Origin: Ilumatobacter sp.
GTDB lineage: Bacteria > Actinomycetota > Acidimicrobiia > Acidimicrobiales > Ilumatobacteraceae
Direction: 5' to 3'
Assembly: GCA_035512975.1 (NCBI GenBank)
Contig: DATKCX010000306.1
Coordinates: 11,372 to 75,371, forward strand
DNA: 64,000 nucleotides
Part shown: positions 47,442 to 56,590 of the stretch, piece after piece
How positions within the stretch are numbered: the stretch's first letter is position 1
Layout: each line of letters begins with the position of its first letter
The notes under the pieces: model-generated
What the model saw: the letters and a program-made list of their open reading frames with translations, nothing else
Databases searched by the model: none
Told to the model about the DNA's origin: nothing
Made by a program: the position numbers and the translations under genes

Positions 47442-48758
47442 TCAGTTCACCGTTGACGGGAGCCCGAACGGGCCAACCGGCCTGAACTGTTCGCCGCCCA
47501 TGTCGACGGGCAGGAAGTCGTTTGCGGTGAGTTTGTCGAGACCGATCCATCCTGCCAACGCGAGCGCGAACCCGGCACCGACGAGCAGCACCGCCGTTGC
47601 TCCGTAGGCGTCCATGATCGGCCCGGCGATGACCAGCCCGACGGGCACGCTGCCGCCGAACGACATGAACCACACGGGCATGGTGGCAGCGCGCTCGTTG
47701 TCGGCCAAGTTCTGTTGGACGAGCGAGGCAAGCGACGTGGCGACGACGAAGTACGAGAAACCCAACACCGCGCCCACCGGGTAGGCCCAGTCCACGCTGG
47801 GAACGAGCGCGAACGTCGCCAGCGACACGGAAAAGGCGACGAAGCCCAGCTGAACCAGGCGTCGCTTGTCGATCGCTCGGAAGATCGAGCCGACCGAGAG
47901 CGCGCCGGCGAACGCTCCCAGGCCCCACACGATGTACACCGCCTTGTAGGTGCCGCTCGTGGCAGCAACGTCCCAGTTCATCCGAGCGATCGACGGGAAC
48001 AGCCCCACGTACGGCAACGAGATGATGGAGAACAGCGACATCGCGATCATCGAGCGGCGCAACACTGCTCGACGGCGGGCGATGCCGAGGCCGGTGACGA
48101 GTGCTCGAAACGGAGACCGATCTTGAGTCACCGAGGTGGTGCGCGGCAGATCGACCACGAGCAGTGGGAAGATCAGAAACAAGAACGTGCCAGCGTTGAC
48201 CAACAACAAGCCGGCCACTCCGAAACCCCACCAGGCCAGCAGTGCCGCGAGTGCCGGCCCGAGGATGCGGCTGCCGTTCAACATGGCGGAGTTGAGGCTG
48301 ATCGCGCCAGGCAGATCGGCCCGGCCGACCAGCATCGGCATTGCCGACGAGAGCGCCGGGCTGTTCACGGTGTTGGCGATGCCGATCAGTGCCTGCAACA
48401 CGAACAGCGTCCACAAGGGCAGGTCGCGCCACACCGCAAACGCGATCACCACCGACAGTGCGAGCATGGTGAGCTGCATGGCGATCATCAACCGTCGCCG
48501 GTCCACCCGGTCAGCGAGCACACCGGCAGGCAGCGACAACAGCAGTTGGGGTCCCAACTGCATGAAGAACAGCAGTCCCACGAGACCGGCCGATCCGGTT
48601 CGATCGTCGACGTAGGCAGGCAAGGTGAACGACTGCATCCAACTCCCCACAGCCGACAAGCCCGTTCCCATGAAGAACAGCCGGAATGCTGGGTAGGACC
48701 AGGCCGCACGAATGGAACCAGGTCGATGCTGGTGCGGCGAGTGTGTGATGGTCGTCAT
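47442..48758 (-). CDS. MFS transporter
   Basis: About 12 TMs; AGVLADRVDRRR motif A; start refined to ATG 48758. Confidence 0.88.
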   Translation of the reverse strand: MTTITHSPHQHRPGSIRAAWSYPAFRLFFMGTGLSAVGSWMQSFTLPAYVDDRTGSAGLVGLLFFMQLGPQLLLSLPAGVLADRVDRRRLMIAMQLTMLALSVVIAFAVWRDLPLWTLFVLQALIGIANTVNSPALSSAMPMLVGRADLPGAISLNSAMLNGSRILGPALAALLAWWGFGVAGLLLVNAGTFLFLIFPLLVVDLPRTTSVTQDRSPFRALVTGLGIARRRAVLRRSMIAMSLFSIISLPYVGLFPSIARMNWDVAATSGTYKAVYIVWGLGAFAGALSVGSIFRAIDKRRLVQLGFVAFSVSLATFALVPSVDWAYPVGAVLGFSYFVVATSLASLVQQNLADNERAATMPVWFMSFGGSVPVGLVIAGPIMDAYGATAVLLVGAGFALALAGWIGLDKLTANDFLPVDMGGEQFRPVGPFGLPSTVN

Positions 48759-48876
48759 CTGGTCGTGGGGGGTCTGGGGGTCCGATTGGGTTGACCCGTC
48801 GGTCAAGTTACCGAATTGGGCACCTGAATCGCGCGACACTTCTCGGATGGTCAGCGCTGACGGTCCGAGAACCACC

Positions 48877-48912
48877 GGGTCCACCACTGGGTCCACGTCT
48901 GGGTCCACCTCT
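48877..48912. repeat. 12-bp degenerate tandem repeat x3 (GGGTCCACNNCT)
   Basis: Units at 48877, 48889 and 48901. Confidence 0.8.
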
Positions 48913-48972
48913 AGGTCGGGAGCGCTCGCAGGGATTCCTCGGATCGACCGTGCGCCGACGTGTCGCACGATC

Positions 48973-49077
48973 ATGGGAACGTACGCCGAGTGCCCACTGT
49001 GTGGCAGCGACCTGTTTCCCGAACATGCTCATTTCCGCTGCCCTGGGTGCGGATGGCGTGACAGCTGCTGCGACTGA
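48973..49077 (+). CDS. 34-aa Cys-rich zinc-ribbon-like microprotein
   Basis: MGTYAECPLCGSDLFPEHAHFRCPGCGWRDSCCD; two CPxCG motifs; stop 12 nt before the next gene. Confidence 0.65.
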   Translation: MGTYAECPLCGSDLFPEHAHFRCPGCGWRDSCCD

Positions 49078-49089
49078 CGCGAGGCTGGC

Positions 49090-49749
49090 GTGATGGACCA
49101 CACCAAGGTTTCGGCTCCACAGTTCGACTCCATGACGGGGCTCGACGATTGGCGTTACGAGTTGGGAGCGATCCACGCTTCGTTTCGAGCTGGCTCGTTT
49201 CCGGATGCCGCCAAGTTGGCAGCTGCGATTGCCGACGCGGCCGAAGCCCATCAGCACCACCCCGACATCGACATCCGTTATCCCGATCGCGTGATCGTGC
49301 GCTTCATCACGCACGCTGTCGAGAACCTCACGCAGCTCGATGTCGACCTCGCGCGTGTCGTGGCAGAGCTCGCGGTGGGAGCGGGGGCTACGTCGGAACC
49401 GACCTTGATCACCACGCTCGAACTGGCCATCGACGCCATCGACATCGACGCCATCCGCCCGTTCTGGACGGCGGTGTTGGGCTACCGGCAAGACACCTAC
49501 GGCAATCTCGTCGACCCGCTCGGTCGTGGTCCGGCACTGTGGTTCCAACAGATGGATGAGCCGCGGCCGCAGCGCAACCGCATCCACTTCGACATCAGCG
49601 TTCCCCACGACGTTGCCGACGATCGAATCGCAGCGGCCTTGGCCGCAGGTGGCACGATGGTCAGCGACCGCCATGCCCGTGCGTTCTGGGTGCTCGCAGA
49701 TGCGGAAGGCAACGAAATCTGCGTCTGCACCTGGCAAGACCGCAGCTAG
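49090..49749 (+). CDS. Pterin-4a-carbinolamine dehydratase-like domain fused to VOC/glyoxalase domain
   Basis: HHPDIDIRY..FITH (PCD) plus FWTAVLGY..LWFQQM..RNRIHFD..LADAEGNEICV (VOC). Confidence 0.85.
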   Translation: MMDHTKVSAPQFDSMTGLDDWRYELGAIHASFRAGSFPDAAKLAAAIADAAEAHQHHPDIDIRYPDRVIVRFITHAVENLTQLDVDLARVVAELAVGAGATSEPTLITTLELAIDAIDIDAIRPFWTAVLGYRQDTYGNLVDPLGRGPALWFQQMDEPRPQRNRIHFDISVPHDVADDRIAAALAAGGTMVSDRHARAFWVLADAEGNEICVCTWQDRS

Positions 49750-50789
49750 CCGAGCACCAGGTCGGCGAGCACTGGGAGGAGGCCGGCGGGGCCGCCCACG
49801 AGCAGCGTGGTCAGGCACGTCTCTTCCCACCGCGCGAGGTCGTCTCGGATCTTGTCGGGCGGCCCGATGATCGCGACGTCCTCGACCATTTCGAGAGGGA
49901 TGATCGCCGCAGCTTCCTGCTTCTTGCCTTGCAGGTACAGCTCTTGCACCTGCAGGGCGATGTGTTCCCATCCCATTCGGGCGAACACGTCGAAATGGAA
50001 GTTCACCTCACGTGCCCCCATGCCGCCTGCGTACAACGCGACGAACGGGCGAATCATGTCGGCGCACGCTTCGATGTCGTCGCCCGGGATGATCGTCACG
50101 GGCGCAGCGATCTCGAATCGCTCTGCCTTCTCGACCTCGCCGCTCGCTTCGAACCCCGACTGGAGTCGGTCGCGGTACCACGCGTCCTCCTTCGGCGAAA
50201 AGAACAAGGGCAACCAGCCGTCGCAGATCTCCGCCGCGAGCGACACGTTTTTCGGGCCTTCAGCTCCGAGGAAGATCGGGATGTCGTTGCGCAGCGGATG
50301 AACCGTGGACTTGAGTGCCTTGCCGATCCCGAGCCCGTCGTCGCCCGAGTACGGCATGTCGTAGTGCTTGCCATGGAACTCGACAGGCCGGTCGCGACGC
50401 ATGATCGAGCGCACGATCTCGACGTACTCGCGGGTGCGTTCGAGTGGACGCGGATACGGCTCCCCGTACCACCCTTCCACGACCTGCGGGCCCGACGCAC
50501 CGATTCCCAGAATGAACCGGCCGCCCGATAGGTGGTCGAGTGTGAGGGCTGCCATCGCCGTTGCCGCAGGCGTGCGTGCCGACATTTGCACGATTGCGGT
50601 GCCGAGCTTCACCCGCTCCGTTGAGGCACCCCACCACGCGAGCGGCGTCAGAGCATCGGACCCGTACGCCTCGGCCGACCACACCGAGTCGAATCCGAGC
50701 GAGTCAGCTGCCTGGATGGCTTCCACCGCCCCAGCAGGCGGACCTGACGACCAGTATCCGGCGGTGTAGCCGAGTTTGAGCGATGTCAT
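49746..50789 (-). CDS. LLM-class F420-dependent oxidoreductase
   Basis: WSAEAYGSDA, LDHLSGGRFILGIGASGPQVVEGW and IFLGAEGPKN; start refined to ATG 50789. Confidence 0.9.
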   Translation of the reverse strand: MTSLKLGYTAGYWSSGPPAGAVEAIQAADSLGFDSVWSAEAYGSDALTPLAWWGASTERVKLGTAIVQMSARTPAATAMAALTLDHLSGGRFILGIGASGPQVVEGWYGEPYPRPLERTREYVEIVRSIMRRDRPVEFHGKHYDMPYSGDDGLGIGKALKSTVHPLRNDIPIFLGAEGPKNVSLAAEICDGWLPLFFSPKEDAWYRDRLQSGFEASGEVEKAERFEIAAPVTIIPGDDIEACADMIRPFVALYAGGMGAREVNFHFDVFARMGWEHIALQVQELYLQGKKQEAAAIIPLEMVEDVAIIGPPDKIRDDLARWEETCLTTLLVGGPAGLLPVLADLVLG

Positions 50790-50982
50790 GGGCAGATCGT
50801 GCCAGATGGACGCTCCTCTTCGAAAGGCGATGGTAAGGTGGCTGAACAGTGTCACGTCGTGGCGATCGCGGTATGTGGTCCCGACGATTCGCCGTGAAGC
50901 GATGTTTCACTACGTGGTCGAAGGATGCGCCGACTGGCAGTGTCCTTCGGCCACGACTGTTTCTCGACCGTAGGCTCACGGC

Positions 50983-51630
50983 ATCAGTTCGTATTACGAG
51001 ATCCTCGGCGTGCCGGAGACCGCAACCCCCGACGACGTTCGCGTCGCGTACCGCCGACTGATGCGAACCATTCACCCTGACGTGGCGGCCACCCATGTCA
51101 GCAGCTACGCCCACTCGGCGTCGGCAGTCAACGAGGCATATCGGGTGTTGGTGGACCCGTCGAGGCGGTTTGAGTATGACCGTGCACTCCGCTCGACCGG
51201 CAGCGCTGCTCCCTTCAATTCATCCGGCAATTCATCCGGCAATTCATCCGGCAATTCTTCGGCGAGCTACTCGGCGACGCCGGGTGATCCGCTCGACTGG
51301 GATTCGTTCGTGCCGCCGCGCCCCGCCGCCGACACCCGGCGCGCGCCATGGCGAGCCGTGATCGCAGTGTTGGTAGCGGCGGCAGCCGGGGTCGTGGTGT
51401 TGTCGGCCATCACCAAACCGTCGGTACCGCGTCCGCCAGATGGCGTGTTGCAGGCCGGGTCCTGCGTCACGATCGAATCGAACGGAGACGCGAAAGAGAC
51501 GACCTGCACTGGGTCGGACGACATCGTGATGCGGGTGTTGGTGGCGCTCGACGAGATGTGTCCGCAAGGCACCATCGGACACCGTGATCGCCAGGGGATG
51601 GGCATGGCGTGTATCGAGATCGACTCGTGA
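50983..51630 (+). CDS. J-domain (DnaJ-type) membrane protein with C-terminal Cys-containing extracellular domain; probable non-canonical ATC start
   Basis: SYYEILGV..AYRRL..HPD..VNEAYRVL..YD J-domain extends upstream of the ORF-track GTG 51010 to an in-frame TAG at 50971; TM AVIAVLVAAAAGVVVL. Confidence 0.8.
   Translation: MSSYYEILGVPETATPDDVRVAYRRLMRTIHPDVAATHVSSYAHSASAVNEAYRVLVDPSRRFEYDRALRSTGSAAPFNSSGNSSGNSSGNSSASYSATPGDPLDWDSFVPPRPAADTRRAPWRAVIAVLVAAAAGVVVLSAITKPSVPRPPDGVLQAGSCVTIESNGDAKETTCTGSDDIVMRVLVALDEMCPQGTIGHRDRQGMGMACIEIDS
51217..51263 (+). repeat. 12-bp tandem repeat x4 encoding (NSSG)
   Basis: aattcatccggc units. Confidence 0.92.
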
Positions 51631-52082
51631 GCGGCGGCGGCCGGGGTTCGATGGCCACCATCGTCGGGCTGGTGCTCGTCGCGCTCGCCGCGCTCGCGGT
51701 GATGATCGCGATCGCTGTTGTGGTGTCGGGCCAATCGACATCGGTGTTCGATCTGCAAACGGGAGACTGCTTCGTGTTGCCCATCGACGGAGACGACACG
51801 TCGTTCGACCAGGTGGAACCGGTCGCGTGTAGCGAACCGCACGACGCAGAAGTGTTTGCCACCGGGCAACTCAACCCCGACCAAGATCGCGACTATCCCA
51901 CCGATGAGATGTTGTTCGGCGAACTCGACGCTCGGTGCGCCGTTGGCTCCGTCCCAGCTCAGTTCGGTCGGTTGCCCGTCGGCCCCAACGAGGCGTCATG
52001 GGACCCGCTGGGCGGTCGCTTCATCTGTGTCGCGGTGCCATTCGGCGGGGATCTGGTGTCGGCTCCGATCGCTGAGTTCTGA
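51627..52082 (+). CDS. Septum-formation-domain family membrane protein
   Basis: N-terminal TM; LQTGDCF..VACSEPHDAEVF..C..SW..GGRFICV; GTGA coupling to the J-domain gene. Confidence 0.75.
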   Translation: MSGGGRGSMATIVGLVLVALAALAVMIAIAVVVSGQSTSVFDLQTGDCFVLPIDGDDTSFDQVEPVACSEPHDAEVFATGQLNPDQDRDYPTDEMLFGELDARCAVGSVPAQFGRLPVGPNEASWDPLGGRFICVAVPFGGDLVSAPIAEF

Positions 52083-52159
52083 GCGGCAGCCGGGTCACGG
52101 CAACCGAGTCGGGTGACGACGTGAATCGCTCAGCGCGCTGATAACGTTGCCAGCCTCAT

Positions 52160-52236
52160 GGGCGGTTAGCTCAGTTGGTTAGAGCACTGCCTTCACACGG
52201 CAGGGGTCGGGGGTTCGAGTCCCTTATCGCCCACCA
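52160..52236 (+). tRNA. tRNA-Val (anticodon CAC)
   Basis: Acceptor GGGCGGT/ATCGCCC; anticodon arm CTGCC-TTCACAC-GGCAG; GGTTCGAGTCC T-arm; encoded CCA. Confidence 0.97.
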
Positions 52237-52238
52237 AC

Positions 52239-52282
52239 AAAACCCCAGGTCAGAGGCTGAGCCTCTCGTGGCCTGGGGTTTT
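52239..52282 (+). terminator. Intrinsic terminator after tRNA-Val
   Basis: AAAACCCCAGG..CCTGGGGTTTT stem with inner AGAGGC/GCCTCT. Confidence 0.8.
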
Positions 52283-52330
52283 CGAATGCCCATCGTTCGG
52301 GCAGGGGCGTACTGCGGTTAGATTCGCGGT

Positions 52331-52960
52331 GTGTCCAAACTCTGCGAACGCCCCGGCTGTTCCGAGCCTGGCGCTGCCGTTTACGGCATGGTTCCAGAGG
52401 ACTTGTTGTTCTGGATCGTCGCCACCGACACCGACACGCCCTTCGATGCGAAGCTGCTGTGCCGTCGGCACGCCGACGCGATGGTGGTGCCTCGCGGCTG
52501 GACGCTCGACGATCGCCGGCAGCCGACACCGAGCCTGTTCCAGACCCGCCGATACGAGACGAGAGCGTCAGCACAAACGCAGGCCCAGATGCAGGCACCT
52601 CCCAGGGTCGCAGCGACGATGGAGACATCGATTCCCCCGTCCACTCGGCGGCAGGTTCGACAGGCGGCAGCTCACGCTGTCGAGCAGCTGCAGATCGATG
52701 GCACAGGCCCAATTGCCCGGCCATCGGCCGACGTGATCGCGGCGATCGACGAACCAGATCACACCGAAAGCCTTGCCGAACGAACAGAGGAAGTCGCTCT
52801 GGAAACAGCGGTCCACGAGGCGGCTACGCCAGATTCAGATGCCACGAACTTCAGCGAGTGGCGACCCGAGTTCGACACCGACGACGACCTCGACGGGCTG
52901 CTCGAGACCAAGAGCCCCCTGTTGTCACGCGCGTTCCGCGGCGTCGCGCGTCAGCGTTGA
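52331..52960 (+). CDS. DUF3499-like Zn-finger protein with long disordered C-terminus
   Basis: CERPGC..LCRRHADAMVVPRGW; TAGATT 6 nt before the GTG. Confidence 0.72.
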   Translation: MSKLCERPGCSEPGAAVYGMVPEDLLFWIVATDTDTPFDAKLLCRRHADAMVVPRGWTLDDRRQPTPSLFQTRRYETRASAQTQAQMQAPPRVAATMETSIPPSTRRQVRQAAAHAVEQLQIDGTGPIARPSADVIAAIDEPDHTESLAERTEEVALETAVHEAATPDSDATNFSEWRPEFDTDDDLDGLLETKSPLLSRAFRGVARQR

Positions 52961-52973
52961 CGCCGCGATCGAC

Positions 52974-53432
52974 GTGCGTTCCAGCCAGTCAGTCACGGTC
53001 AACGCACCGCCGCATGTGGTGTTTCCATTCGTGGATTCGCTCGATCGGTATCCGGCTTGGCTGCCGCTCGTCCACAACGTCGAGGTGACCGAATCGGCCC
53101 AGGGCGAAGTGGGGCCGGCATGGATGGTCGAGATTCGTGCCCGAGTGGGGCCGTTCGCTCGGTCGAAGCGGTTGCGAATGCTCCGCACCGCCCATGTCGA
53201 TGGTCGCGTCGCGGAGTTCGAGCGCGCCGAACTCGACGGCCGTGAGCACGCACGGTGGGCCATGCTGGCCGAGTTGACCGAGACCGGCGACGGATCGACC
53301 ACCCTCACCATGCACCTCGCATACGACGGTGCCCTGTGGGGAGGCGCGCTGCTGGAGCGAGTGCTCGACGAGGAGATCAAACGCGGCCGCACCGGTCTTG
53401 CCTCGCTCGTCCGCGACTCGCCTATCCGCTGA
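52974..53432 (+). CDS. SRPBCC (polyketide cyclase/START) family protein
   Basis: VTVNAPPHVVFPFVDSLDRYPAWLP and helix-grip layout; start refined to GTG 52974. Confidence 0.8.
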   Translation: MRSSQSVTVNAPPHVVFPFVDSLDRYPAWLPLVHNVEVTESAQGEVGPAWMVEIRARVGPFARSKRLRMLRTAHVDGRVAEFERAELDGREHARWAMLAELTETGDGSTTLTMHLAYDGALWGGALLERVLDEEIKRGRTGLASLVRDSPIR

Positions 53433-54222
53433 GCCTCCAGGCAGTGAGTCGACCGTCGCCGCGACGCTCGAGCTGAAGCGGCATGCGGAAGCAGTCGCTG
53501 AGGGTGTCGCTCGTGAGGGTCTGAGCGATCGGACCCTGCGCCAGCGCCGATCCATCGCGAAGCAGCAACGCATGTGTCACGCCAGCCGGCACCTCGTCGA
53601 CATGGTGGGTGACGAGCACGAAGGGTGCCGCCTGGGTTGCCAGCACGTCGAGCGCGGCGACGAGCTGTTCGCGGCCGCCGAGGTCGAGCCGGGCAGACGG
53701 TTCGTCGAGCAAGATGACATCGGGATCGTTCATGAGCGTGCGCGCCAGAAACACGCGCTGTTGTTCGCCCGACGACAACGTGGCGATCGAACGGTCGCGG
53801 TACGCGCCAACTTCCATACGATCCAGACAGTCGACCGCGCGGGCGCGGTCTTCGGCGTTGTACCGGTGCCACCACGGTTCCAACGCCGCGTACTTCGCGG
53901 TCATCACCACGTCGGTCGCGGTGAGATCAGTTCGAAATTGCGCGGCGAGTGCGGCAGATGCGTATCCCACGCGGCGTCGCAGCACTCGCACGTCGGTGCG
54001 TCCCAACTGCTCGCCGAGCACGTGCACGGTGCCCGTTGACGGGTGTTCGTACATCGAAGCGATTCGCAACAAGGTCGTCTTACCGCTGCCGTTCGCGCCG
54101 AGCACCAACCAATGTTCGCCGGGATGCACCCGGAACGTCACGTCATCGAGGATGCGTCGCTCGTTTCGAACGAACGAGATGTGTTCCAGTCGGAGCACCG
54201 CATCCAGCTGATCGTCATGCAC
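53422..54222 (-). CDS. Stand-alone ABC ATP-binding protein (ModF/YlmA-like)
   Basis: LGANGSGKT, LSSGEQQR, LLDEP and VTHHVDE; start refined to GTG 54222. Confidence 0.88.
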   Translation of the reverse strand: MHDDQLDAVLRLEHISFVRNERRILDDVTFRVHPGEHWLVLGANGSGKTTLLRIASMYEHPSTGTVHVLGEQLGRTDVRVLRRRVGYASAALAAQFRTDLTATDVVMTAKYAALEPWWHRYNAEDRARAVDCLDRMEVGAYRDRSIATLSSGEQQRVFLARTLMNDPDVILLDEPSARLDLGGREQLVAALDVLATQAAPFVLVTHHVDEVPAGVTHALLLRDGSALAQGPIAQTLTSDTLSDCFRMPLQLERRGDGRLTAWRLSG

Positions 54223-54294
54223 GGCTGCCGAACCTACCGAAACAACGCTCCGATCACCTCGTCGTCGGTCTCTCACCCGTTACGCTCGCGGCAC

Positions 54295-55530
54295 ATGAAG
54301 ACGCACGCACGTCGCTCCGGCCGCAGGTTGCGCGGCGCTGGCGTGGCCGCGGTGTTGCTGATGTGGGTCACCGTACCCGTCCACGCGCAAACCAGCGACG
54401 AAGCCGCCCAGCAGGCGGCAGCTGAGATCGCCGCGGCGCGTGATCGAGCAAATGCTGCAGCAGAGGCGTACTTCGAGGCCGAATCGCAGCTGGGTTTTCT
54501 CGAACTCGACCGGCAGCAGCTCGCCACCGATGTCTCGAACCTGGAAACGGCGGTCGAGGAACTCGAGGCAGCTGTCGCCCAAGTGGCCGTGGAGCGCTTC
54601 GTCAGCAGTGGGTCGACCGGGATCCCGTTGCTCACAGATGTGCGGGCACCCACCGCGCAAATGCACGGCGACGTGCTGGCAGCAGTCGCTGCCGAGTCGA
54701 GTGCGGTCACGGTCGATGATTACGACGCGGCGCTCGATGCGTTGGCCGACAAACGTGCTGAGTTGGTCGATGCGGAGGCCGCACTCGAACAACACAAACT
54801 CGACCTTCTCGACCTGCAGAAAGATGCTGAGGCCGAAGTGGAGCGGCTGCGCGACATCGAAGACGAACGTCTCGCCGACGAAGCAGTTCAGGCCGCGCTT
54901 GCCGCGATGCAGCTGGAACAGGCGCGTCAGTACGAAGAATTGCAGCGGCGCCAAGCCGAAGCAGCACGTACGAACGATGCGGTCACCGCGGTCGCGTCGG
55001 ACGGAAACCCTGCCGTGATGACCGGGCTGGTCCAGGGGATCACCACCGGCAATCAAGGAGCGAGCGGTGGGGCCGCGGGTGGCCGCACCGGAGGGGGAGG
55101 TTTCGGGAACGACCCGCGCCTCGGTGGCAATGGGTTCACCGATTCCATCATCTGCCCCGTGGTCGGCAGTTCGGCGTACGGCGACACGTGGGGAGCACCG
55201 CGCAGCGGCGGTCGCCGCCACCAAGGAGTCGACATGCTCGCACCGACCGGCACGCCACTACAGGCCGTGGTGTCGGGATCGGTCACACAGGGCAGTAATC
55301 GTCTCGGGGGAGTCACGCTGTCGTTGTTTGGCGACAACGGCAACCGCTACTACTACGCACACTTGGCGGCATACGAAGGTTTGAGCGGCCGGGTCGAGCA
55401 AGCACAAGTGATCGGCTACGTCGGCGACTCCGGAAATGCCATCGGAACGCCACACCTGCACTTCGAGATTCGTCCCGGCGGCGGGGTGCCGGTGAACCCT
55501 TACCCGTCGGTGCTCGCTGCCGGTTGCTGA
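54295..55530 (+). CDS. M23 family peptidase with N-terminal coiled coil (murein hydrolase/activator)
   Basis: Signal peptide; coiled coil; HQGVD and YYAHL..HLHFE; TACGCT upstream of ATG 54295. Confidence 0.88.
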   Translation: MKTHARRSGRRLRGAGVAAVLLMWVTVPVHAQTSDEAAQQAAAEIAAARDRANAAAEAYFEAESQLGFLELDRQQLATDVSNLETAVEELEAAVAQVAVERFVSSGSTGIPLLTDVRAPTAQMHGDVLAAVAAESSAVTVDDYDAALDALADKRAELVDAEAALEQHKLDLLDLQKDAEAEVERLRDIEDERLADEAVQAALAAMQLEQARQYEELQRRQAEAARTNDAVTAVASDGNPAVMTGLVQGITTGNQGASGGAAGGRTGGGGFGNDPRLGGNGFTDSIICPVVGSSAYGDTWGAPRSGGRRHQGVDMLAPTGTPLQAVVSGSVTQGSNRLGGVTLSLFGDNGNRYYYAHLAAYEGLSGRVEQAQVIGYVGDSGNAIGTPHLHFEIRPGGGVPVNPYPSVLAAGC

Positions 55531-56582
55531 CGACTCAGCTTGACCGAAACCGGCTGCCCTGCAGCCAGCTGCCCGCACGCGGCGTCGATGTCGGTGCCTC
55601 GGTTCTGTCGCACCGTAGCGTTCGCTCCCAACGCCTCGAGCTGATCGCGAAACTGATGCACCCGTTTCAACGACGAGCCCCGCGTGGGGTACCCGGGGGT
55701 GGGGTTGAGCGGAATCAGGTTGACGTGGGCGTGGGGTCGTAGCCGTCGGCAGAGAGCGGCCAGTTCGGTGGCATCGCTGTCGCGGTCGTTCACGCCGTCG
55801 ATCATCGCCCACTCGAAGCTGACCCGGCGGTGGCGTGCGACGAGGTAGTCGTTGCACGCCTTCATCAGATCCTCGATGGGATAGCGCTTGTTGATCGGCA
55901 CCAGTTCGTCGCGCAAGCGATCGTTCGCGGCGTGCAGCGACACCGCCAGGTTCACCGGTAGCGGTCGCTCAGCGAGCTTGCGGATCCCTGGAATGATTCC
56001 CACCGTGCTGATGGTGATGTGGCGAGCCGACAATCCGATGTCGGCGTGCAGCCGTTCCACAGATGACCACACCGTTGCCTCGTTGGCCATTGGCTCGCCC
56101 ATGCCCATGTACACCACGTTGGACACGCGCCGGTCGAGCGCGCGGGCTCGTCGGCTGGCTCGCACAACCTGCTCGACGATCTCACCAGTGGTGAGATGCC
56201 GCGTGAAGCCGGCTTGCCCGGTGGCACAGAATCCGCATGCCATCGCGCACCCGGCTTGACTGGAGATGCACACCGTCGCTCGGTCGCGGTACAACATCAG
56301 CACGGTCTCGACTCGGCTCCCACCTTCGAGTTCCCACAGGAACTTGATGGTGTCGCCGCGATCGTTCACCGACTCGGTCACTGGCGTCAACGCACTGGGC
56401 AAAACCACTGCGAGCTCCGCACGCAGTGGTTTGGGGAGGTTCGTCCACTCGTCTGGCTCGGTGTAGTGCTCGTACAGCCCGCTCCACACTTGGTCGAGCC
56501 GATACCGGGGGGTGCCGGCCAGCATCTCTCCGAGTTGTGCGCGATCGACGTCGTATCGGGTTGGCGCAGCGCTGGCGGACAT
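55500..56582 (-). CDS. rlmN: Dual-specificity RNA methyltransferase RlmN
   Basis: CISSQAGCAMACGFC, MGMGEP, SLHA and IDAACGQL. Confidence 0.96.
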   Translation of the reverse strand: MSASAAPTRYDVDRAQLGEMLAGTPRYRLDQVWSGLYEHYTEPDEWTNLPKPLRAELAVVLPSALTPVTESVNDRGDTIKFLWELEGGSRVETVLMLYRDRATVCISSQAGCAMACGFCATGQAGFTRHLTTGEIVEQVVRASRRARALDRRVSNVVYMGMGEPMANEATVWSSVERLHADIGLSARHITISTVGIIPGIRKLAERPLPVNLAVSLHAANDRLRDELVPINKRYPIEDLMKACNDYLVARHRRVSFEWAMIDGVNDRDSDATELAALCRRLRPHAHVNLIPLNPTPGYPTRGSSLKRVHQFRDQLEALGANATVRQNRGTDIDAACGQLAAGQPVSVKLSRQQPAASTDG

Positions 56583-56590
56583 CGAAGGGT

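Noticed and set aside
52160-52960. tRNA-Val as an integration site or island boundary
   Set aside because: No integrase, no duplicated tRNA 3' end in the window, and no visible compositional shift.
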